From a bacterium (GTDB lineage Bacteria; Bacteroidota; Rhodothermia; Rhodothermales; UBA10348), in the NCBI GenBank assembly GCA_013204185.1, contig JABMOI010000025.1, forward strand, positions 14,213 to 78,212: a stretch of DNA of 64,000 nt. The letters run 5' to 3'. The position numbers and the translations under genes were made by a program. The notes below the pieces were generated by a model, which did no database searches, was not told the DNA's origin, and worked only from the letters and a program-made list of their open reading frames with translations. Below, piece by piece: positions 35,787-45,152 of the stretch. How positions within the stretch are numbered: the stretch's first letter is position 1; every line of letters begins with the position of its first letter.

Positions 35787-37241
35787 CTAGAGGGAAGCGA
35801 GCTGAGGAGATTTGCTGGCCGCCATGTTTTCAGGCTTGGCGTTCCAGGCAGCAAACTCACCGTTTATATAGATGACATCATGGCCGAGCCGGGCTAGTAG
35901 CGCGGATGACACCGCGGAGCGTCCACCGGATACACAGTGAATGGCTTTTGTGCCTGCAGGGACTTCGTCGCGGCGTAACCAAAGACGGGTGTATGCAATG
36001 TTGGCCGATCCGGGCACGTGGGCTGGATCGTGTTCGGCTTTATTGCGCACGTCAAGCACAACGACGTCTTCTTTCGCCATTACGCCGTTGAGTTCATCAA
36101 TATGGATTTCTCGAATGCTTGCCATCTCGTACCCGTGATCAGCATATGCTTCGAGGGTAGCCGGCGTAGCGTATCCCTCAATTTGGTCTAATCCAATACG
36201 AACTAGGTCCCGAACGGCCTCTTCCAAATGCTCTTCCTCAACGATGAGGTAGATGGGCACATTCTCTTCAATAACGGATCCTGCCGCTGTATTAAATGAT
36301 TTGTTGAAACCAGCATAGAGCGATCCGGGCAAATGACGCGCCATGAAGGCTGATCGGTCAAGCCGGGTATCCAACACAACCACGTCCATATTTCCGGAAA
36401 GCTTTTTGAGATCTTCCAAGAAAAGGTGTTTTGGTTGTGGCATGGTTCCTAAAACCTTGGGCCCCAACTTGTTGTCTCGCTTCATTCTAGCGAAATACAT
36501 CGGTGGCTCAGGCTGACCGTCCAAAATGGTTTCGACGAATTCGTCTTCGCCACGTATTGCAGCGCCAATGGCGGAGTTGAATACGCGTTCGTACCCTACA
36601 GTAGACTGGGGAATGGCACCCAAGGCTTTTCCACAAGCACTACCAGCTCCGTGAGCAGGCCAAATCTGAATAAAGTCGTCAAGCTTGAGGAATTCCTGAA
36701 CTGAAGCATAAAGCATCCGAGCAGAAGGCTCCATGACGCCCTGAACTCCAGCTGCAGATTCTAAGAGGTCTGGGCGGCCTAAGTCTCCCACGAATACAAA
36801 GTCTCCACTCAACAGTCCCATAGGGCGATCTGCGCCGCCGCCCATGTCGGTAACGAGAAACGCAACGTGTTCAGGTGTATGTCCCGGTGAGTGTACTACG
36901 GTAAACTTGATGTTTCCCATCTTGAACTCATCCGCATGTTTCACCAACTGGTAGTTGTACGATGAGCCAATCAACCACTCGTATTTCCAGTCTGCATCAC
37001 CTTCGTCAGACGCATACACTTTTACGCCTCGCTCGGCAAATTCCCGCAATCCAGACAGATAGTCTGCATGAATATGAGTGTCTACAGCGGCCGTTATTAC
37101 GAGGCCTTCCTGTTCTGCGATTTCGAGGTAGGTATCAATATCTCTCTCTGGATCCACAATGATGGCTTCGCCCGTTGCCTGGCATCCAATTAAATAAGCA
37201 TACTGAGCGAGTCTGGTGTCCCAAATTTGTCTGAATAGCAT
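35787..37241 (-). CDS. CstB-like persulfide dioxygenase (MBL fold) fused to rhodanese domains
   Basis: Metallo-beta-lactamase motif DTHIHADYLSG and HSPGHTPEH. The C-terminal rhodanese has the active-site loop IHCVSGGRSAVS. It lies 8 nt upstream of the SulP gene. Confidence 0.85.
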   Translation of the reverse strand: MLFRQIWDTRLAQYAYLIGCQATGEAIIVDPERDIDTYLEIAEQEGLVITAAVDTHIHADYLSGLREFAERGVKVYASDEGDADWKYEWLIGSSYNYQLVKHADEFKMGNIKFTVVHSPGHTPEHVAFLVTDMGGGADRPMGLLSGDFVFVGDLGRPDLLESAAGVQGVMEPSARMLYASVQEFLKLDDFIQIWPAHGAGSACGKALGAIPQSTVGYERVFNSAIGAAIRGEDEFVETILDGQPEPPMYFARMKRDNKLGPKVLGTMPQPKHLFLEDLKKLSGNMDVVVLDTRLDRSAFMARHLPGSLYAGFNKSFNTAAGSVIEENVPIYLIVEEEHLEEAVRDLVRIGLDQIEGYATPATLEAYADHGYEMASIREIHIDELNGVMAKEDVVVLDVRNKAEHDPAHVPGSANIAYTRLWLRRDEVPAGTKAIHCVSGGRSAVSSALLARLGHDVIYINGEFAAWNAKPENMAASKSPQLASL

Positions 37242-37340
37242 GGTTTATAGTGGTCTAAATGGTCAGATTTTGTTTAATGCGGGGTGCACGGATGGTTAGT
37301 GAAAGCGAACCTTCAGTGGTTTATTCGCTTCCAGCCAATA

Positions 37341-37784
37341 CTAGTGCGGTAATTTTGGGCGAAGCACTCCGTAGGTAAACGTTCCAGCAAGGGCTGCTAA
37401 GATGGTCACCAGCATGACGGTGACCCCGTTTCCTACAAGGGCAAACATGGGTCCAGGGCAAGCACCAGTTAAGGCCCAGCCGAGGCCGAAAATGGTCCCA
37501 CCAAGCCAGTACCTCGTTCCGGAGCCCATTTCCTTGGGAGGAATAACAATGTCGTCCCCGTCCATATCTTTCAGCTTGAAACGCTTGATGACCTGGACAG
37601 AAATCATGGCAACCACAACGGCGCTACCAATGATGCCGTACATGTGGAAGGATTGAAATCGAAACATTTCCTGGATGCGAAACCATGAAATGACTTCCGA
37701 TTTGGTAAATACGATGCCGAAATACACGCCTATGAGGAGGTAGGGTAGCAGCCGGCCGAAACTGTTCTGTTGATTCGTTTTCAT
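37341..37784 (-). CDS. YeeE/YedE-family sulfur-compound transport protein, half-size subunit
   Basis: Four-TM protein with the conserved LTGACPG motif. It is paired with the adjacent half-size gene. Confidence 0.8.
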   Translation of the reverse strand: MKTNQQNSFGRLLPYLLIGVYFGIVFTKSEVISWFRIQEMFRFQSFHMYGIIGSAVVVAMISVQVIKRFKLKDMDGDDIVIPPKEMGSGTRYWLGGTIFGLGWALTGACPGPMFALVGNGVTVMLVTILAALAGTFTYGVLRPKLPH

Positions 37785-37791
37785 GTGCAGC

Positions 37792-38346
37792 CTACAGGAT
37801 CATGGGGAGAAGGAAAAATGTCGCGATCAGGCCGCCAGCAAAGAATCCCAGCACTGCAATGAGTGACGGAAGTTGCAAATCTGCTAGGCCAGAAATCGCA
37901 TGTCCCGAGGTACATCCGCCGGCATATCGGCTTCCGAATCCAACTAGGAATCCACCGACTACTATTAAGATGATCCCAGGGCCGGATAAAAGGTTATCCC
38001 ATGAAAACAACTCAGATGGCACGAGGCCATTAAAATTCGTAACGCCAAGCGCGGTGAGATCTGCGCGTGTAGCGTCGGAAATGGCGACGGGATCTGGATT
38101 GCCAAGCAACGTGAAGCCTATCCATCCACCAATTACAACACCCAGGATGAGCGTCATATTCCAAAGTCCATTTTTCCAGTTGTACTGGAAAAACGCAACC
38201 TTATTAGGGATGATGGCACAGACGTGCCTGAGATTTTCTGAGATTCCGAACTGTTTCCCGCCTAGCAGGAACAGCGCAGGTACGACAATCCCAATTAAGG
38301 GGCCGGCCACGTACCACGGCCATGGTTGGGAAATGAACTCAATCAT
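37792..38346 (-). CDS. YeeE/YedE-family sulfur-compound transport protein, half-size subunit
   Basis: Hydrophobic protein with the conserved YAGGCTSGHAISG motif. It lies 7 nt upstream of its partner. Confidence 0.8.
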   Translation of the reverse strand: MIEFISQPWPWYVAGPLIGIVVPALFLLGGKQFGISENLRHVCAIIPNKVAFFQYNWKNGLWNMTLILGVVIGGWIGFTLLGNPDPVAISDATRADLTALGVTNFNGLVPSELFSWDNLLSGPGIILIVVGGFLVGFGSRYAGGCTSGHAISGLADLQLPSLIAVLGFFAGGLIATFFLLPMIL

Positions 38347-38436
38347 GAGAGTATCTGTTTAAATTTCGGCTTGTACTAACCTGTAATGACAAGTGTTTCC
38401 GGTGTGTTTATGAAGAGTCTGTAAGCACTAAAAAGG

Positions 38437-40176
38437 CTAACCCTGGTTCAATCGTACATCCTTGGCTAGGAGCTGCAATTTAGTGCGACCATTGAACGTA
38501 TTCTCCTGAATTGAAAACAGCAAGTCTAACGACTTTCCGCGTTCCTGGCTTTCTGCAACTTGAGATAAGTGCTTACCTAACCCAAATCCAATCACATCTC
38601 GGGCTGGCTGTCCTGCTGCGCGTTCTCTCACAGAAAACTTTAGATGAGACCTATCTTTTCCAACCGTGGCAACGGGCCCTACCACTTCTAACTGGCTGGA
38701 CCAGAAAATGGGCGATGGATTGTCTGCGCCGAAGGGTTCAAACTGCTTTAGAACGGCCCAAAACCGCGTGTCCAGGTCTGAAAGGGTCATTTCAGAATCA
38801 ACTTCCACAACGGGCTCAAGGATGTCAGGCGTTACCGAAGCCGCAACCGCTTTATCGAAACGCTCAATAAAGGCTTCCACGTTCTCTGGTCGTAAGCTGA
38901 CCCCAGCTGCATAGTCATGGCCTCCAAATTCTTCCAACAATTCAGAGCACGATTGGAGCGCGTTGTAAATATTGATTCCATTGATGGACCGGGCGCTGCC
39001 TTTAACCATGTCGCCGGAGTTGGCTAACATCACAGCCGGTCTGAAATGTCTGTCTACTAGACGGCTTGCCACGATGCCAATCACACCCAAGTGCCATTCT
39101 GGGTGATGCAGGACAACGGTGTGCCGTTGTCCTTTCGCCAACAAAAGATCCGCCATTTTGAACGCTTCAATCTGGGTTTGGCGATCTAGCGCGCGCCGTT
39201 CCTCGTTGAGCCGTTCGAGCTGTCTGGCGCGGGCTGTACCTTCCAATTCCGTCTCGGATAACAAGAGCGTAACGGCGCGCGCTGCATCACCCAGCCTGCC
39301 GGCCGCGTTAATGCGGGGACCCAAATTAAATACGATGGACCTGGTGTCACATTCGCTCAGCCTAACATTGGCTTGTTCGGCAAGCATTTTTAGACCTACA
39401 CGAGGATTTTCTTTGAGCTGTTTGATCCCCTCTCGAAGCAAGATTCGGTTTTCTCCCGTGAGAGAAACGACGTCGCTGGCGGTCGCTATTCCGACTAAAT
39501 CCAGATAGGAATAAACGTGTTGCGGATCTTTACCTAATTTAATTTGAATGGCTTGGGCCAACTTCATGGTAACAGCGCACCCGCAGAGTTCTTTGAACGG
39601 ATACGGGCAATCCGCTTGTTTTGCATCTAAAACGGCAATTGCGTCAGGAATTATGTCCCCCGGAGTATGGTGGTCGCAAATAATGAGGTCCATACCAAGC
39701 GTGCGAGCAAACTCAGCTTCGTGAACAGATGTGATGCCACAGTCCAGGGAAACGACAAGCTTTGTCCCCATTTCGGCCACTTCTTTCAGTCCCAATTCAC
39801 TAAGGCCGTATCCATGTTTGAAACGGTCTGGCACAAAAAAGGCAACGTCTGCCCCAAGGGAAGTGAGGTAGTGCGTAAGTAAGGCAGTAGAAGTTGTCCC
39901 ATCCACGTCATAATCGCCGTAAACACAGATCGATTCCTTTTTGTCAAGGGCCAAGACAATTCTGTCAACTGCTTTGGTCATGTCCTTCATCAAATAAGGA
40001 TCATGAAGCTCTTCTGTGCCCGAGCGAAAGAATGCTTTGGCAAGGTTCGTCGAGTCCACGCCGCGCAAGGCAAGCGCCCGCGCCAAGGGGAATGGCAGGT
40101 TGTTCAAGGACACCTGAAGCTCTCCTACTACCGTCTCTTCTTCCAGTGGCTTTAGTTGCCAGCGCTTATTGCTCAT
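38437..40176 (-). CDS. recJ: Single-stranded-DNA-specific exonuclease RecJ
   Basis: DHH family motifs VYGDYDVDGTTS, SLDCG and ICDHHTP, DHHA1 region GGHDYAAG, and typical length (579 aa). Confidence 0.9.
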   Translation of the reverse strand: MSNKRWQLKPLEEETVVGELQVSLNNLPFPLARALALRGVDSTNLAKAFFRSGTEELHDPYLMKDMTKAVDRIVLALDKKESICVYGDYDVDGTTSTALLTHYLTSLGADVAFFVPDRFKHGYGLSELGLKEVAEMGTKLVVSLDCGITSVHEAEFARTLGMDLIICDHHTPGDIIPDAIAVLDAKQADCPYPFKELCGCAVTMKLAQAIQIKLGKDPQHVYSYLDLVGIATASDVVSLTGENRILLREGIKQLKENPRVGLKMLAEQANVRLSECDTRSIVFNLGPRINAAGRLGDAARAVTLLLSETELEGTARARQLERLNEERRALDRQTQIEAFKMADLLLAKGQRHTVVLHHPEWHLGVIGIVASRLVDRHFRPAVMLANSGDMVKGSARSINGINIYNALQSCSELLEEFGGHDYAAGVSLRPENVEAFIERFDKAVAASVTPDILEPVVEVDSEMTLSDLDTRFWAVLKQFEPFGADNPSPIFWSSQLEVVGPVATVGKDRSHLKFSVRERAAGQPARDVIGFGLGKHLSQVAESQERGKSLDLLFSIQENTFNGRTKLQLLAKDVRLNQG

Positions 40177-40304
40177 TCTTTCTTGGTTTTAGATCCTCAA
40201 TATAGTCGTCATTTAGTTGGTCATCTTACTTACGCTTTTGCAACAATAACCGATACCGCTTAAACAGTACCGATTTCCACAATGGTTTCGCAATTAGTTT
40301 CGAA

Positions 40305-42461
40305 GTGAGATTGATTTCAAAAATATTTGGCCCATCATGGACCCTGATAGGTATCGGGGTCTGCTTATTCGTAGGTGCATTTGCATCTATGGTATTGGGA
40401 CCGTCTTATTTGGCCAATCGGGAAACGGACCACTTGGAAATGTCCGCCGAAATGATGGCCGAATTGGTCACCGGCATTATTGAGGACTCAGGCTGGGATG
40501 CAAATAGCGACTCGCTTCAAGTCTTGTTTGATTCAATGCGCGACCTGCACGACCTCTCGTATTTCGTTCTAACTGACGAACAAGGTCGCATTTTGGGCAG
40601 CATTAACGAGGCTGGGGCACGCCGACTCAATTATAGCCGTCCCAAAGAGTTAGTTCTGAATTTGAAAGAAGCAGGCATGGTGCGCGCGTCTCGTGAAGTA
40701 ACCTTTCATGACTCCAAAAAAACCATTTTATACCTCGGGCTTTCTGACCCACAATTTGCCGAAACACGGCGTGGATTTCGGAACGATTCCGTTATAGCTG
40801 GCCTTACTTTGTTACTTCTATCCGTTGGTCTCTTCTATTCTCTGAGGACTGTAACGGTGATGGAGTCTCATATTTACAGTCTTCGTCGGGCCCAAAAAGA
40901 TCTGTCTCTGCAAAAAGGTACCCTGCAGTCTAAAGTTGATGAGCATCAAAAAACGGCCGCCGAGCTAAAAGAAAGCGAACAGCGATATCGATACCTGTTG
41001 GAAAATGCCATGACATCGGCCTTCTCCGATCTAGAGGCATTGAACAAGAATTTGGAACGTCAGAAGGCTGAATTGGAAGTTGAGGTCGACCAAAAAACGA
41101 AGGCTCAGTCCGAATTGGCAACGTATGCAGATAGGCTTTCATCCCTGAACGCCATTGAGCGACTTCTCGTATCAGAGGAATCGCTAAAAATTATTGTAGA
41201 CAATGCGCTGCAGCAGATTCAGAAATTAATTCGCTGCAATTACGCCACTATTCTGCAAGTTGGCGCGGATTCCGGTGGGGTACTTACGCTTGGTTCGTGT
41301 GGAAATGGATTGCAAGATCTGCCCCTAAATGATTCCTTTGAGCCCGAAGCAATGCGCCAACCAGGCGATTCGTGGCTTTACATTCCAGATTTGAGCAAAC
41401 AGTCACCTCGCTCCGAAGTCGAACAAAAATTAGTCGACAACAACCTGCTTAGTTACGGCAGAGCCACCCTCACCATCGGCGATGCACTTGTTGGTGCGCT
41501 CATCGTTTGTGGCGAACATCGAGACGCGTTTAGCGCCAGTGATATTACAGCCGTTCGGGACATTGCCGATCTAATTTCGCTCGGTTTAAGTCAGCAACAA
41601 CACCGCATGGAGCGGGAGAGGTACGAACAAGACCTGATCACGGAACGCGACAGGGCTGAGGAAATGGCTAGGCTCAAAACAGCCTTCTTGGCTAATATGA
41701 GTCATGAAATAAGAACCCCTCTCAGTGGCATAATTGGGTTTGCCCAAGTTCTGCATGAAGAGGTCGGTTTGGATCAACAAGAATTTACGGGCTTAATACA
41801 AGATGCAGCTAAACGGCTTTTGAATACCATTAACTCGGTGCTTGACCTTTCAAAACTTGAAGCCCTAAAAGTGCCGATGCAAATAGACCTTGCCGACTTC
41901 ACCGAAGTCGTAGAAGAATCGCTGGTCCTTTTGAAGCCGCTTGCTGTCAAAAAGAACATCGGCTTCCACATTCAAGTTCAGAGTGGTCTCAGTTGCCGAT
42001 TGGATCGCGGTGCGGTTCAAAGTATTGTAAATAACGTGGTCGGAAACGCCATTAAATTTACGGCAGAGGGTGGGGTTAAGATTGAAATAGGTCACACCGA
42101 AGAAGGCGCCTATTTGAAGGTGGAGGACACCGGAGTGGGTATCTCAAGTGACTTTATCCCATACTTGTTTGATGAGTTTAGGCAGGAACACATGGGCTCG
42201 GACCGTCCGCACGAAGGTTCTGGACTCGGCTTGGCCATTACCCACAAACTGGTAAATAGGTTGGGAGGTCGGATTGAAGTGGCTAGTGAACCAGAAAAAG
42301 GCACGAGGTTCGAAGTGTTTCTTCCGAGTGATCCTGCGAATATGCCCGTCGTGGAAGCGCCAAAAAAGAACAAAAAAGCCAAAACGGCCGAGGATCGGAG
42401 TTCGTTAAAATCCGAACCGGTTTGGGAATCAGGTTCTGCTAGATCCAGCGTCTCGTCTTAG
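40305..42461 (+). CDS. Membrane sensor histidine kinase with coiled-coil and GAF domains
   Basis: GTG start. Two TM helices flank a ~130-aa periplasmic segment, followed by a coiled coil and a GAF-like region. H-box SHEIRTPLSGIIGF, N-box VGNAIKFT, and G-boxes DTGVGI / GSGLGLAITHKLV. Confidence 0.85.
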   Translation: MRLISKIFGPSWTLIGIGVCLFVGAFASMVLGPSYLANRETDHLEMSAEMMAELVTGIIEDSGWDANSDSLQVLFDSMRDLHDLSYFVLTDEQGRILGSINEAGARRLNYSRPKELVLNLKEAGMVRASREVTFHDSKKTILYLGLSDPQFAETRRGFRNDSVIAGLTLLLLSVGLFYSLRTVTVMESHIYSLRRAQKDLSLQKGTLQSKVDEHQKTAAELKESEQRYRYLLENAMTSAFSDLEALNKNLERQKAELEVEVDQKTKAQSELATYADRLSSLNAIERLLVSEESLKIIVDNALQQIQKLIRCNYATILQVGADSGGVLTLGSCGNGLQDLPLNDSFEPEAMRQPGDSWLYIPDLSKQSPRSEVEQKLVDNNLLSYGRATLTIGDALVGALIVCGEHRDAFSASDITAVRDIADLISLGLSQQQHRMERERYEQDLITERDRAEEMARLKTAFLANMSHEIRTPLSGIIGFAQVLHEEVGLDQQEFTGLIQDAAKRLLNTINSVLDLSKLEALKVPMQIDLADFTEVVEESLVLLKPLAVKKNIGFHIQVQSGLSCRLDRGAVQSIVNNVVGNAIKFTAEGGVKIEIGHTEEGAYLKVEDTGVGISSDFIPYLFDEFRQEHMGSDRPHEGSGLGLAITHKLVNRLGGRIEVASEPEKGTRFEVFLPSDPANMPVVEAPKKNKKAKTAEDRSSLKSEPVWESGSARSSVSS

Positions 42462-42942
42462 CCAAGTAGGAGTCAAAATCGTTTGGAAACCGCTCTCTGA
42501 GATGGCGTTCTTCCGGCTTGATTTGAAAGGCGTTCATGTAGGCAATAAACAGGGGAATGCACCCAAATCCCACAGGATTAGCTAAGTAGACAGCCCATCC
42601 CGAGAGCACGAGTGCCATTCCCAGGTACATTGGATTTCTGGTTCGACTATACAGTCCAGAACACACCAAGGCCGAGGTCTTATGCGGAGTATGTGGGTTG
42701 ACGGTGGTCGAGGCCAAGCGAAATGATAGGACCCCATAGAGAGCGACGCACACGCCCAGCGCAACATAAAAAGCAGCGAAAAACCGTCCCATGGGAATGG
42801 ATAGATTCCAGGATGGTACCATTTCGGCCAACAGCCATTGAAGCGCGAACACAACCGCCCCCACAAGGACCGGAGGAAGTTTTAATTCCAAGAAAGCCGC
42901 TTTTGGGCGATGATCGGTTTGGTTGGCAGGTTGTTCGCTCAT
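42439..42942 (-). CDS. Isoprenylcysteine carboxyl methyltransferase (ICMT)-family membrane methyltransferase
   Basis: Four to five TM helices and the family motif GLYSRTRNPMYLGMALVLSGWA ... EERHLRERFPNDFDSY. Its 3' end overlaps the convergent kinase gene by 23 nt. Confidence 0.7.
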   Translation of the reverse strand: MSEQPANQTDHRPKAAFLELKLPPVLVGAVVFALQWLLAEMVPSWNLSIPMGRFFAAFYVALGVCVALYGVLSFRLASTTVNPHTPHKTSALVCSGLYSRTRNPMYLGMALVLSGWAVYLANPVGFGCIPLFIAYMNAFQIKPEERHLRERFPNDFDSYLAKTRRWI

Positions 42943-42948
42943 CCTGGG

Positions 42949-43623
42949 TTACCACATGTGTTGAGATAGCACCGTTCGATGCCCAGGCTTTGCCGCGATG
43001 GCTCCCGAAACCATGGCCCGTGCAATGGTTGCCGCAGGAATGGTTCTAAGCGACTTGGGCGCGAAACGAAGCACGAACTGCATGATTCGCTCAGCCGGTC
43101 TGGCATCATCCTTTCGTGACCCTCCGATAACCGAAGGACGAAAAATGTCGACCGATTCAAATCCTAGGCGCAGCAATTCCACTTCTAACTCACCTTTTAT
43201 CCGAGGATAAAACGAGCGGGATGAAGGATTTGCTCCGATGGAAGAAACCAAGGACGCATGTTTTGCACCCAATTTTTTCATGCGACGAAAGAATGCAAGC
43301 GGTATGTCCACATCTACCCGTTGCATGGCCTCTTGAGATCCAGCCCGCGAAAGGGTAGTCCCGAAGGCACAAAACACGTGATCTATTGCGACCTCAGGTG
43401 TGTAGGTTGCGAGCTCATCGTAGTGGATGATGGATTCAAGCAGGGTGGCATTGCCCCCGCGCCGAGAATCCCCTTCTAGCGGCCGCCTAGTGAGCGCCAC
43501 GACATTTGAATACTGTGGCGTGTTGAGTAGCTGGTCAAGGCACTTTCCACCAACTAGACCCGTGCTTCCCAAAATGATAGCGTTCAATTTTTCTGTTCCG
43601 ATTTTTTCTGTCCCGAGCGTCAT
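42949..43623 (-). CDS. NAD(P)H-binding Rossmann-fold protein (HTATIP2/YbjT-like)
   Basis: Gly-rich dinucleotide motif AIILGSTGLVGG near the N-terminus when started at the ATG at 43623. The longer ORF start at 43665 is also possible. Confidence 0.6.
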   Translation of the reverse strand: MTLGTEKIGTEKLNAIILGSTGLVGGKCLDQLLNTPQYSNVVALTRRPLEGDSRRGGNATLLESIIHYDELATYTPEVAIDHVFCAFGTTLSRAGSQEAMQRVDVDIPLAFFRRMKKLGAKHASLVSSIGANPSSRSFYPRIKGELEVELLRLGFESVDIFRPSVIGGSRKDDARPAERIMQFVLRFAPKSLRTIPAATIARAMVSGAIAAKPGHRTVLSQHMW

Positions 43624-43669
43624 TTTGTCTTGAAAGGTATAGATTACGGGCACGCCTCCCATCAACCAA

Positions 43670-45115
43670 ATGCCAATGCAACGAATAGTGCGTCTCCCGC
43701 TCCTCCTCCTTTCCTTCGTTCTTTTCCTCGCTGGGTGTGGAGAGGCCTCAGCCCCCGAGCCCTTCGGGGCGCTACCGTCCGCGCGCCAACAAGAATGGCA
43801 TACGATGCAGTATTACGCCTTCATCCACTTTGGACCGAACACATTCACGGATATGGAATGGGGGCATGGGGACGAAAACCCAGAGGTGTTCAACCCCTCT
43901 GAACTCGATGCCAGGCAATGGGTTCGGACGTTTAAAGAAGCGGGTATGCAGGGCGTGGTTATTACCGCCAAGCACCACGATGGGTTTGCATTATGGCCTT
44001 CGGCCTTCTCTGATTACACGGTTCGCGAAAGCGAATGGAAAGATGGCCAGGGAGACGTCCTGCGCGAACTTTCAGACGCGTGCAAAGAGTACGGCTTAAA
44101 GTTTGGAGTGTATCTGTCTCCGTGGGACCGTAACCACCCCCAATATGGCACGGACGAGTATAACGACGTGTTTAAGTCGATGCTCACCGAAGTGCTGACC
44201 TCCTACGGGGATGTGTTCGAGGTGTGGTTTGACGGCGCGAATGGGGAAGGGCCAAATGGCAAAAAACAGGTGTACGATTTTCCAGGGTTTGCTGAGGTTG
44301 TTCGGACCCATCAACCAGGCGCGGTCATTTTTAGCGACGCGGGACCAGACATCCGTTGGGTTGGAAACGAGCAGGGCTATTCGGATACAACGAGCTGGTC
44401 AACCCTCAATATCGAAGACTTCTATCCTGGAATAGGAGGCAAAAACGACGAGTTATTACACGGACAGCAAGGTGGCAGCGCGTGGCTTCCTCCCGAGGTT
44501 GACACTTCTATTCGACCCGGTTGGTTTTACCACAAAGATCAGGATGATCAGGTAAAAAGCCTCGACCGCCTTATCGACACGTGGTACAGATCGGTTGGGA
44601 TGAACGCGAATTTGCTACTCAATATTCCGGTTGATTCGCGCGGCCTAGTGCATGAGAATGACGCAGCTCGGCTCTTGGAGCTGAAGGCGTACTTGGATGA
44701 TGCTTTTGATACCAACTTGGCTAATAACGTGGAAATGGGCGCAACTGCCGATGCGGGATCTAGCCGAGGACGAGGGTTTGAAGAGGAGCGTGCCATTGAC
44801 GGCGACCTAGAAACGTATTGGGCCACGCCCGACGGCGAAAACAGTGGCGCAATCACGGTTCAGTTTGATGAACTAACAGAGGTCAACGCTATTTTACTTC
44901 AAGAGTATATCCCTCTGGGACAACGAGTTACAGATTTTACCGTTCAAGTCATGAAAGACGGTTTGTGGCAGGAGGTGGCCAGCGGGACTACCATTGGCAA
45001 CCGCCGAATTGTTCAGTTTCCGAGAGAATCCACGCTCAGTGTAAGTGTCAAAATCAATGCGCTGGCCCCGATTACGCTTGCCAACCTGGAGGTGTACAAC
45101 ACCCCTGATCGATGA
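43670..45115 (+). CDS. Alpha-L-fucosidase, GH29 (subfamily B-like) with a C-terminal F5/8 type C (discoidin) domain; lipoprotein
   Basis: Lipobox LFLAGC. GH29 core QQEWHTMQYYAFIHFGPNTFTDMEWGHGDE ... ITAKHHDGFALWPS ... GVYLSPWDRN. The C-terminal ~130 aa resemble a discoidin/CBM32 module (AIDGDLETYWAT). Confidence 0.85.
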   Translation: MPMQRIVRLPLLLLSFVLFLAGCGEASAPEPFGALPSARQQEWHTMQYYAFIHFGPNTFTDMEWGHGDENPEVFNPSELDARQWVRTFKEAGMQGVVITAKHHDGFALWPSAFSDYTVRESEWKDGQGDVLRELSDACKEYGLKFGVYLSPWDRNHPQYGTDEYNDVFKSMLTEVLTSYGDVFEVWFDGANGEGPNGKKQVYDFPGFAEVVRTHQPGAVIFSDAGPDIRWVGNEQGYSDTTSWSTLNIEDFYPGIGGKNDELLHGQQGGSAWLPPEVDTSIRPGWFYHKDQDDQVKSLDRLIDTWYRSVGMNANLLLNIPVDSRGLVHENDAARLLELKAYLDDAFDTNLANNVEMGATADAGSSRGRGFEEERAIDGDLETYWATPDGENSGAITVQFDELTEVNAILLQEYIPLGQRVTDFTVQVMKDGLWQEVASGTTIGNRRIVQFPRESTLSVSVKINALAPITLANLEVYNTPDR

Positions 45116-45152
45116 GCTGAGCCTCGCAATCGGGCCCCGCAATTAGTTCGCG

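Noticed and set aside
37802-38362. 186-aa plus-strand ORF overlapping the YeeE-family gene
   Set aside because: It is antisense to a gene carrying the conserved GGCTSGH motif. Its translation is Pro/Arg/Ser-rich with no recognisable fold, so it is a shadow ORF.
38370-38394. CTTGT-N14-ACAAG inverted repeat upstream of the yeeE operon as a third copy of the sulfur-island operator
   Set aside because: Its arms overlap the ACTTG/CAAGT motif only partly, and the spacing is 14 rather than 6 nt. It may be chance, so it is mentioned only as a weak relative.
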